Assembly: GCA_038534095.1 (NCBI GenBank)
Contig: JBCAXK010000015.1
Location: forward strand, 1 to 31,116
Direction of reading: 5' to 3'
Length of the DNA: 31,116 nucleotides
Source: Chlamydiota bacterium
GTDB taxonomy: Bacteria > Chlamydiota > Chlamydiia > Chlamydiales > SM23-39
Positions 8,936 to 16,740 of this stretch are shown piece after piece (the stretch's first letter is position 1; every line of letters begins with the position of its first letter). A program made the position numbers and the translations under genes. The notes below the pieces were generated by a model. It ran no database searches, was not told the origin of the DNA, and saw only the letters and a program-made list of their open reading frames with translations.

Positions 8936-9785
8936 TCATTGTATTGGTAGTTTGGTAAGAACCCCGTTAATTTCATTAACGGCAACTTGAATATTTCCAG
9001 GAAGATTCAGTACCTTTGCCATATTTCCTAGATTTTTGAGATGAGAGACCCATAGCTTATTCAACAGCTTAAAATCTTCCTCGTTAAAATCAATAAGTTC
9101 AAAAGTAGTACCTCGATGATAAAACGTCTGTTTGATTACTTCATGCAATTTATTGAAATTCATCAGACCGAGCTCGCGAGTCAGCAGAAGCAAATCATGA
9201 TAGTCTTTCATACGACTATTTATGGCACCTTTGGAGATCACCGTTTCAAGTTTTTCTGCAAAAATTGTTTCAGGCGGATACACCAGCAAGGAAATTTGGC
9301 TTTCAAACAAAGGTTGATTACGATACTAAAGCAAGATTTAGATCCCGAGAACTAGGACTCACCACATCGCCTATTCCAATATCGATGTGAATTCTATCCT
9401 TCACACGCCCAAATTTAGCTTCAAAGTCCACCCGATAACCAGGGTATTTCATATGCGGCTGTTCCAAAGAACTCATGCCTTCGTAATGGAACAAAAAGCC
9501 ATCAGTTGCTTGTATCGAAGCAACGTCTATCATGGCTTTCTTGACCTCGTTTTCATTAGCTTTCATGCAAATGAATAGAAAATCGAGATCAACCGTTTCT
9601 CGTCCTATTTCCATCATGTAAGACAAGAGAAAACCGCCTTTAAAGATAAACTTATTATGATGATCGGAACGAGATAACCGCAGCAAAAACCGTTCTAAAA
9701 GAAGTTTTTTCCAACACTCATTAAATTGGATTCCCTTTTCTCTAGCAATATTCTTAATGCGATCTTTTAATGCCTGCTCATTCAT
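8936..9785 (-). pseudogene. abiEii: AbiEii-family nucleotidyltransferase toxin (type IV TA), split by a frameshift near 9318-9328
   Basis: ORF 9318..9785 has FKGG...RETVDLDF. ORF 8936..9310 has YPPETIFAEKLE and SRMKDYHDL. Skipping one base joins ...LAL to YRNQPLFESQ, giving about 282 aa. Confidence 0.85.
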
Positions 9786-10381
9786 GTTGTTGCGGAAATA
9801 AGATAAGGTAAAATATTGAATCTGAGTTTTTTAGCACACGTTTGTAATTTTTGCAAATCTAAACGCATACCACTTTTAGACGCTAAAGCCCTTTTTAAAG
9901 CTTTAATCGCCGTTTCTCGACTTAAGAGCCGAAAGGCATCAATAATTGTTCGTTCTCGATCAAAGATAGGCACTTGAACTCCTCCTAGATCCACGGTATC
10001 TTTACCAAGATCCATATTACGCAGACGAACGATTTTCACCCTATTTCCTTTGCGAATTGAGGTGCTATGAGGTACTGCTATCCAATGCTGTCTGGGGATT
10101 TCATCGGTAATTTCGTAAATAGCCAGTGCAGAAATCAGACAAACCACGCCACCCGGAATTGAATTTACATTATCGATAAGATCCTCCCATTGAAAAGCTT
10201 CTGAGGAACCCCGATAGTTAGCCCCTTGATAAATGCCTCTTCCTAAACGTCGAATTTGCTTGGTTTTAACATAATATCCTAAAAGAGCAGAAGACACTCC
10301 CCATTTTTTAGCCTCTGCTGCAGTAAAAAAAGGGCGAATCAAAAGTTGGTGAATTGCCTTAAGTGCTTTTGGCTTGTGCAT
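9782..10381 (-). CDS. abiEi: AbiEi-family antitoxin / transcriptional regulator (type IV TA)
   Basis: N-terminal wHTH-like segment (IRRLGRGIY), CLISALAIYEITDEIP, and FDRERTIIDAFR. ATGA-coupled to the toxin gene. Confidence 0.87.
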   Translation of the reverse strand: MHKPKALKAIHQLLIRPFFTAAEAKKWGVSSALLGYYVKTKQIRRLGRGIYQGANYRGSSEAFQWEDLIDNVNSIPGGVVCLISALAIYEITDEIPRQHWIAVPHSTSIRKGNRVKIVRLRNMDLGKDTVDLGGVQVPIFDRERTIIDAFRLLSRETAIKALKRALASKSGMRLDLQKLQTCAKKLRFNILPYLISATT

Positions 10382-10406
10382 AGGGATCTCTTAATCTCTT
10401 TAATTT

Positions 10407-10506
10407 AATAAAAACACCCAAAAGCATCAAGTGGGTTTTTATTTTAATTTTTGAAAGTAGTTATTGGCTTCTCTGTTGCAATTCTTTTGAGAAAGTGGGG
10501 TTTTTA
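10407..10506. promoter_or_regulatory. Putative AbiEi operator inverted repeat plus a third half-site
   Basis: AATAAAAACACCCA (10407-10420) and TGGGTTTTTATT (10432-10443) form an imperfect inverted repeat. AAGTGGGGTTTTTA (10493-10506) repeats the right arm. Confidence 0.55.
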
Positions 10507-10669
10507 CTGTTACAAAGTGAATTGGACGTAAGCCAACTCTTTAAAAGTGAAAACTTATTGAAACAAAGCCGCTCCAATGCTGTCAGCTAGTGGCGTTTTT
10601 AGGGTTAATGAAGGGACTTTTATTTCTTTAATTTTGTTTTTTGCAGCTTAAGATGGGTATGCTCGAAAG

Positions 10670-10962
10670 ATTTTGGCAACAGAAGACCTGGGCGATTTAC
10701 GCAAACAACATGGGCGCTCTGGTCTGCATTTTTTAATGATTGTGGAATCCAATCGAGAAATTGAAAGCAAAAAATAACAGAAAAAAGACTTTATATATTC
10801 TTCCTACCACTACATGAAGAACTGCTAGGTCGCTTCATTCGATCTGACAGAGAGATGGAGAACCAATTGCATTGGGTACTCGATACTAGTTTCAATGAAA
10901 ATAAGTCTCAGGTTTACAAAGACCATTCTCGAGAAAATGTGTCTTATCTATTACGCAAATAG
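10670..10962 (+). pseudogene. ISAs1-family transposase C-terminal remnant
   Basis: Hand translation: ...SGLHFLMIVESNREIESK / TEKRLYIFFLP...FIRSDREMENQLHWVLDTSFNE. This matches the ISAs1 R.HW.IEN.LHW.LD..F.ED signature. Frameshift in the A6 run at 10769-10774. Confidence 0.78.
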
Positions 10963-11141
10963 GTTCAGGAGAAATGGAAAATATCCATCGGCGTCCGTTT
11001 AGACTCAACTTGCCTGAGGCTTGGTGGAGCTGTGAAAATGCCAAACATCTGATTGATTTGAGAGCTTGTAGAGCAAATCGTTTTTGGAATGAATAGTGGG
11101 AAAACTAGTGGAGTACATTCCCCGCATTTTTCATCGCACCC
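10959..11141 (+). mobile_element. ISKra4-family (UPF0236-like) transposase 3' remnant with probable right end
   Basis: IGSGEMENIHR...RLNLPEAWWSCENAKHLIDLRACRANRFWNE*W matches the IGSG..E...RLK..GA.W...NA...L.LR...N..W..YW C-terminus. It is followed by CGCATTTTTCATCGCACCC, ending in CACCC. Confidence 0.7.
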
Positions 11142-11193
11142 TTTTTCTACATCAGAATCTATAATTTAGAGAAAAGTAAACGACTTGGCTAGT
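11142..11193 (+). repeat. Degenerate direct repeat, copy 2 (right boundary of AbiE/IS block)
   Basis: TTTTTCTACATCAGAATCTATAATTTAGAGAAAAGTAAACGACTTGGCTAGT; shares an exact 14-mer TTTAGAGAAAAGTA with copy 1. Confidence 0.8.
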
Positions 11194-11339
11194 TCATACT
11201 AATTAATAAAAAATTAATTTTTATTTATTTTTTAAAAAAATAACAATTTTTGTATAATTAATATAGGTTTTTTAAAAAATTTAAATAAATACAAAGAATC
11301 TATAATTTATTTTCTAAAACTGGATCAAAAGGAGATAGC

Positions 11340-11993
11340 ATGAGAGCTTTTGGCGTGTATAAAAGCCAGCCCGCTTTTTTTAAAGATACCAAAGGGCCTA
11401 CTGATCTCTTCTTTCAGGACCTAAACGCCCTAAAAAAACAAACAAATCAGTTGTCTCGCCTCCTTGCATCCAAAGAGTGGGACAAGGTGAGTAGCTCCCA
11501 CTTGCAAAATATCACACCAAGTCTCTTGAAAAATATGTACTCTCTTCAAGAACGAGATATTGAGGCGCATTTCTCCGATTCTCCAAGAAAATTGCAACAA
11601 TTTCAGCAGCCCTTCAATAGCTTCAAAAGGAAGCTTCCGAAGCTAGTAAAGCAGTTCGAAGTTTTTAAAGAAAGTATGATCAGTAATCAACAAGATTGCG
11701 TTTCTAGTCTCGCCATTTATAGTGTTATTGTCCTGATCTCATTGTATTCAGTCGCTTTACAATGCGCTATGCTGACATTTTTCATCCCACTTGCTTCGGT
11801 TGCGAAATGGGGACTATTCACTTCTGCTGCTTTCTTGGGGGTTTATCCCATTGCCTGCTGTGTGGTTTACGCCAATTACAGATGCAATCTGGCAGATCCC
11901 TTTTTCCTTAAGTACGCCATCAACGAAGTTGACTCATTAGTACACAAAATGCTGAAGGTGAACACCGAACGCACAAAAAAAGCCACCACTTAG
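11340..11993 (+). CDS. Hypothetical membrane protein with bilobed hydrophobic domain (Inc-like)
   Basis: AAGGAG SD; helical N-terminus followed by a hydrophobic stretch of about 55 aa (LAIYSVIVL...CCVVYA). Confidence 0.75.
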   Translation: MRAFGVYKSQPAFFKDTKGPTDLFFQDLNALKKQTNQLSRLLASKEWDKVSSSHLQNITPSLLKNMYSLQERDIEAHFSDSPRKLQQFQQPFNSFKRKLPKLVKQFEVFKESMISNQQDCVSSLAIYSVIVLISLYSVALQCAMLTFFIPLASVAKWGLFTSAAFLGVYPIACCVVYANYRCNLADPFFLKYAINEVDSLVHKMLKVNTERTKKATT

Positions 11994-12238
11994 TAAAGCT
12001 AAACCACCACCACAAATCACCTGTCAAGCTTCCAAAAATTCTTAGAAAAAGGCCAAAGAACAAGCCGACATTCTTTCCATGACCTCACTTATTTACAGAA
12101 CAAAAAACTCCTTAACAGGGATGGCATAAAAAGATTAGATAACTTGAAGTTTCTCTATCTAAATAATCACTATGGATTATTTGTAAACTGCCGCCTTTGA
12201 CCTAAAATAGATGGAAAGAATACTTCTTTTTAGAAAGT

Positions 12239-13054
12239 CTAGCCAAACTTATTAACACGCTTATCAGGATTCTCTTTTGAACGCATTACTCCATAAATTG
12301 AAAGCCAGATACCTAGCAATGCCCATCCCGATCCGTAATCTCTAGAAAAAACGTCAACCATGCTATGAATTTTTATGGCTTTTACAAACAGCGCCAAAGA
12401 AGTTCCACCTGCTAAAAAAAGACAGGAGTTCATGATCGCCTTGTATCTCATATACTCATGAAAATAAGGAATATAGACAAAGTTGGTGAGCCGCGCATGG
12501 CGGTTACCTTTTTTTTTCGGTTTATCTTTCTTGAGATTTTCGGTCAATACATCTAGAGTATTTTTTACCAGTTGCTGAGACTCCTTGAAGTCCATCGGAC
12601 GATTTGGATCTCTTTGATCCAATCTGTCTTTTTGTCTTAAGAAAATCTTAAGGAATAGTAAAGAGACAAATGCATTTTCACAGCGAAATTCCTTACTAAG
12701 ATCAAAATCAACATCCTCATTGAAGCCAATCAATTGCTGGCGAGCATTTTTTAAACACTCGTTCATTGCCTCCCATTGAACCACTTCACTGTAAACACAG
12801 TCTATGTAGTAGCTAGAAAGCCAAGAATATTGATGCTCAGCAGTATTTCTTAGTACCGAGAGCTGACTTTCATTATTGATTTTAGGGAAGAACTGTAGAA
12901 AGTCGTTTAATTTCCCTTGTACATCTACTCTTTTAATCTTATCCAAAACAAGATACGTTGCTATAAAATCAGAAAACCACCAATTCATAACATGATGAGC
13001 GCCTCGGCAAACACAATACTCGAACCTACTCATATTCATCGACATAAAATGCAT
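12239..13054 (-). CDS. Hypothetical protein with two C-terminal hydrophobic segments
   Basis: ORF 12239..13075. The ATG at 13054 has AAGGTG upstream and lies 13 nt after the U-box gene stop. Basic KKDKPKKK patch. Confidence 0.72.
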   Translation of the reverse strand: MHFMSMNMSRFEYCVCRGAHHVMNWWFSDFIATYLVLDKIKRVDVQGKLNDFLQFFPKINNESQLSVLRNTAEHQYSWLSSYYIDCVYSEVVQWEAMNECLKNARQQLIGFNEDVDFDLSKEFRCENAFVSLLFLKIFLRQKDRLDQRDPNRPMDFKESQQLVKNTLDVLTENLKKDKPKKKGNRHARLTNFVYIPYFHEYMRYKAIMNSCLFLAGGTSLALFVKAIKIHSMVDVFSRDYGSGWALLGIWLSIYGVMRSKENPDKRVNKFG

Positions 13055-13067
13055 ACTACACCTTTTT

Positions 13068-14021
13068 TCAATCAAGAATTTTTACACTTTCGAACCATCG
13101 AGATACCGCATTCACTTTACACTCCCAAACACTCTCATCACCAGGTTTACCTTCTTCTCGACTCTGTCGAAACAACACTCTCTTACTAATACTTTCTACG
13201 ATTTTACTACGCTCCTGCATTAGATTGGCCACGTTTTCTATTATAAGACGTATATCATCTGCGCTTTCTTGTAATGAAGGAGGGACCACTGCAGGAGTTG
13301 AGCCAACTGCCCTTAAAATGCCTTTCAATAATTGAGAGACTTTTGCTCTTGTCCTGAAAGATATCTTGACCACACCTGTTTCTGAGACAGTTTTGCACAT
13401 GGGACATTTGGTCCCGTTGTGCCTTCCAATATACTTTTCTAACGCTTGACGCTCGAATGCATTGTTTTTGCATTCACAGCCTTCCATAACAACAGGATCA
13501 CATAAAACACTCTCTGTAATAGGACAAAAAAACTTGTCGGCTGAATCTTGATTTATGAAACGAGGGAATTGCAAATAAGCTTCAATGATATAAGAACAAT
13601 TTCTGAATTGATCAATAACAGTATTTGACAATCTCTGGAATTGTCTATAACGCGCTTGATTTACCTTATTGATACGATTAGCATCATCTCGGTTCAATTG
13701 TTCCCGTTTACTTGAATCATATCCTGTTGCGCCTCCAATACAAATACCCACTGTGCCACTAGCAAGAACATAGGACCAAATTGTGGACGTAGCCCAGATA
13801 GATGCCGCTCCTTTCACGAAATTTTCTACTACTCCAGTTATGAATCCGGCTATAGCGTAGAATCCACCTAACTCCACAGCACCAGTCAACGTCCCCTGAA
13901 TTACCGATACTTCACGTCCAATCGGAAGATCTTTCAAGAAAGTAGTTAAGTAAACAGGCGGCGACTGCATATTGGAAAAGTCCATGGGTTTTCCAGGCTC
14001 AAACACAACTTGTAAAGCCAT
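13068..14021 (-). CDS. U-box/RING-like domain protein with N-terminal hydrophobic hairpin (candidate E3 ubiquitin ligase effector)
   Basis: FFCPITESVLCDPVV...AFERQALEKYI...TKCPMCK matches the U-box consensus F.CPI...M.DPV....YER..I..W......CP. AAGGAG SD. Confidence 0.82.
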   Translation of the reverse strand: MALQVVFEPGKPMDFSNMQSPPVYLTTFLKDLPIGREVSVIQGTLTGAVELGGFYAIAGFITGVVENFVKGAASIWATSTIWSYVLASGTVGICIGGATGYDSSKREQLNRDDANRINKVNQARYRQFQRLSNTVIDQFRNCSYIIEAYLQFPRFINQDSADKFFCPITESVLCDPVVMEGCECKNNAFERQALEKYIGRHNGTKCPMCKTVSETGVVKISFRTRAKVSQLLKGILRAVGSTPAVVPPSLQESADDIRLIIENVANLMQERSKIVESISKRVLFRQSREEGKPGDESVWECKVNAVSRWFESVKILD

Positions 14022-14276
14022 TTCATCACTCCTTTGGAAAAAGTTTTTAAAAAATTAATTTACATTTTGTTTTTTGCAAAGATTTTTCTTCTCAACCCAT
14101 AAATATTTCTCATTATTTCAGTGCCCCTATCCTTTGAGCACATGTTTACCTACTTCGGCAAGCTTAACTGTGGAAAAAAGAAGTATAGAGTACTTTTTCC
14201 AAGTCTTGGAAATATCTCAAATCTTTCCAATCAGTCATTTGTTGATTTTTTATGGAATCGCGCAAGGTACTTTTTG

Positions 14277-14486
14277 TTAGAAAAGGGTGCTTATAAATAG
14301 CATAAAGGGTTTTAAGCGATCGAATATCGTAACAATATGAAAAAGCATGATTGCCAACGCTAAGAAAATGATCAAGAAATCATGGAGGCGCCGAAACGCA
14401 TTGAAAAGCAGCTTATAATCCCTTGAATGCTCGGGGAAAGAGACGATCAGAGGATCTTTTTTGATAGAACAAGAGAAATTAGTCAT
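14277..14486 (-). CDS. Possible small membrane protein
   Basis: 69-aa ORF 36 nt downstream of the 7TM-HD gene on the same strand, with one hydrophobic helix; no SD seen. Confidence 0.25.
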   Translation of the reverse strand: MTNFSCSIKKDPLIVSFPEHSRDYKLLFNAFRRLHDFLIIFLALAIMLFHIVTIFDRLKPFMLFISTLF

Positions 14487-14522
14487 CGAAAATCTATTCG
14501 CAAACCCCCAAGGTCTTTTATC

Positions 14523-16658
14523 TTACGACTTAGCAATCTGCGTAGCCTCTTTATCCGGGTATTCGACCCGCATATGATGAGTAACTAATAGAGTTTGTAC
14601 AAGAGCATTTTTGACCAAGCCGAGCTCAGCAAAGGTTAAATTGCATTCTGCTAACTGCCCATCATCCATCCGTCTTTGCACAATTTTGTTCACAAGATTG
14701 TGCAAAGACTCTTCGGAAAAATCTTCTAATGAGCGAGAAGCTGCTTCTATGGAATCGGCAATCATGATGATCGCCGATTCTTTACTCCGGGGCTTTGGAC
14801 CTGGGTAGCGAAACGCAGGTTCATCCACCTCCTCTTCTCGGCCCGACTTGAGCTCAAGTTCTTTGTGATAGAAAAAATAGACGAGCGTAGTTCCATGATG
14901 CTCTTGAATGATATCGATGAACGCTGGAGGGAGGCGGTACTTTTTCCCAATAGCTACTCCATCAGATACGTGGGAAATGATCACTTCTGCCGACTCTTTC
15001 GGAGTAAGTAGCTGGTGGATGTTGACGCCGCTTGGTTGGTTTTCTGTAAAAAACTGGGGATTATTCAATTTGCCAATATCGTGGTAGAGGGTAGCTACGC
15101 GGCAAAACAGCCCGTCTGCGCCAATCACTTGAGCCATCGCCTCGGCTAAATTCCCTAGTACAAGGCAGTGTTGATAGGTTCCAGGGGTCTCCATCGCCAA
15201 TCTACGAATCAGCTCGTTATTTGGATCCATGTATTCCATCAAGGACATTTCGGTCATCACTTTGAATAATGACTCCAACATCGGCAAAAGTCCAACGACT
15301 AAAATCGCCGCGGCCATCACAAAGAGCGCTGTGAATCCTAAATCGGCGCTTAAAGAGAGGTTCCAAAACCGGTTGTCGGCAAAAGAAAAAGCAAAAAGCA
15401 ATGGAACCATGGCAAAATACACCTTGGTCGAGACCAAAAACACTTCCTTTCTCTTACGAAGAGCTCGCGCTGTTGTGACAACAACAAGAGCTGAAACCAA
15501 ATTCAAAATCAAAAATTTGCTGTATTCAACCACAAGTCCCATCGACAAAATCACAGAAAGAAACGAGGAGGCAAAAAGGGCAACGTCAGCTCCTAAAAAA
15601 ATGACAATCAAGATAGTGGCAAAAGGCAAAATCACAGGATACCGCATCAAATTGAAGTAGGCATGGGCGTTTCCTAAGATGACAAACTCGGTCACTTTTG
15701 CAAAAACAAGCATCATCACCACAACGGAGACGAGGAGGCAAAGTTTCTCAATGGACTGGATAACTTCTTGTTTATAGAGAGAAAAATAGAATCCTGACAA
15801 GCCTACAAACATGCACGACAAAATCAGAGCAGAAATCATCGGCAGGGGATCCCAAATCATCCTATTTTCATTCAGCTGCGCTTTCATGGCTTGGAGCATG
15901 GTAATGTGCCTCGGTGTCACCGTTTCACCTTGATCGATGATTTTTGTCCCAGCGCGAACCCGGGTCATTTTCTCAGGAATACTCTTTTGTGCGATATTTC
16001 TTAGCTGCGTTGTTTGTGTCCGATCTTCTTGAATTTCCCAAGAACGACTCGAAAAGAACTTAAGAACAAATGGGACAATCTCTTCACTCAACGAGCCCGA
16101 TTTCTTCATTTCCTCTCCAAAGACATGCCATACTCTTTTTGGAAGGAAAATGGGCTGATCGACGCTTAGGGGAACGTACGACTGCACGTACGTGGTAGGT
16201 AGCTTATAATCCCGCATTTTTTGCACGGTTCTCCCATCGGTAAAACGACTTTCTACCAAAATATCCTCCAAAATATCGGTCGCTTTGTAGAGCTGATCAA
16301 ACGCAATATTTTCTGGAAGATGCCCTTTTTGTCTTTGTTGGATGATGAAGTTTTCAAAAGTGAAACGGGTGTCTACAATTTGCCGCTCGTTGAGCTGGTA
16401 AATAGCGCCAATTTCTCGGGAGGCATCTTGTTGTAAAAGCAGAGTCGATTCCCGATCGGGAAAAGAAAAATCAACTTGACTGATCAAAAATCTTGGGGCA
16501 AGATCTCCCATTTCAAGATTGTCAATTTTTGCTTCTCGAAAATGGAGAAATGCGGCAAGAATAAGGATAAAGCAAAATACAATCAGAATTTTTTTGCAAA
16601 AATTTTTTGATTTTACCTTCCCGCTTGAAGAAAATAGGGAACGCGTCGCTTCTCTCAT
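14523..16658 (-). CDS. 7TM-HD family phosphohydrolase (PgpH/YqfF-like cyclic-di-AMP phosphodiesterase)
   Basis: N-terminal TM, large extracytoplasmic domain, multi-TM block, then PGTYQH, LYHDIGK, EHHGTT, FRYPGPKP, IADSIEAASRSL. Confidence 0.88.
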   Translation of the reverse strand: MREATRSLFSSSGKVKSKNFCKKILIVFCFILILAAFLHFREAKIDNLEMGDLAPRFLISQVDFSFPDRESTLLLQQDASREIGAIYQLNERQIVDTRFTFENFIIQQRQKGHLPENIAFDQLYKATDILEDILVESRFTDGRTVQKMRDYKLPTTYVQSYVPLSVDQPIFLPKRVWHVFGEEMKKSGSLSEEIVPFVLKFFSSRSWEIQEDRTQTTQLRNIAQKSIPEKMTRVRAGTKIIDQGETVTPRHITMLQAMKAQLNENRMIWDPLPMISALILSCMFVGLSGFYFSLYKQEVIQSIEKLCLLVSVVVMMLVFAKVTEFVILGNAHAYFNLMRYPVILPFATILIVIFLGADVALFASSFLSVILSMGLVVEYSKFLILNLVSALVVVTTARALRKRKEVFLVSTKVYFAMVPLLFAFSFADNRFWNLSLSADLGFTALFVMAAAILVVGLLPMLESLFKVMTEMSLMEYMDPNNELIRRLAMETPGTYQHCLVLGNLAEAMAQVIGADGLFCRVATLYHDIGKLNNPQFFTENQPSGVNIHQLLTPKESAEVIISHVSDGVAIGKKYRLPPAFIDIIQEHHGTTLVYFFYHKELELKSGREEEVDEPAFRYPGPKPRSKESAIIMIADSIEAASRSLEDFSEESLHNLVNKIVQRRMDDGQLAECNLTFAELGLVKNALVQTLLVTHHMRVEYPDKEATQIAKS

Positions 16659-16685
16659 GATTCCCCAACAGCCCCTTAGCGTTTA

Positions 16686-16714
16686 TTTACAATGTAATCG
16701 ATTGCTGATAGAAT
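16686..16714 (+). promoter_or_regulatory. Putative sigma70-type promoter of dnaX
   Basis: TTTACA-17 nt-TAGAAT in the short divergent intergenic region. Confidence 0.55.
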
Positions 16715-16740
16715 CTCAAGCATCGATCATGGGAAAAAGT

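Noticed and set aside
8849..11193. Boundary repeats as XerCD dif sites or a CRISPR array
   Set aside because: No TTATGTTAAAT-like XerD arm; only two copies 2.3 kb apart; no spacers or cas genes.
16519..16728. N-terminal extension of dnaX in the ORF track
   Set aside because: It overlaps the divergent 7TM-HD gene and the promoter; DnaX similarity starts at about 16741.
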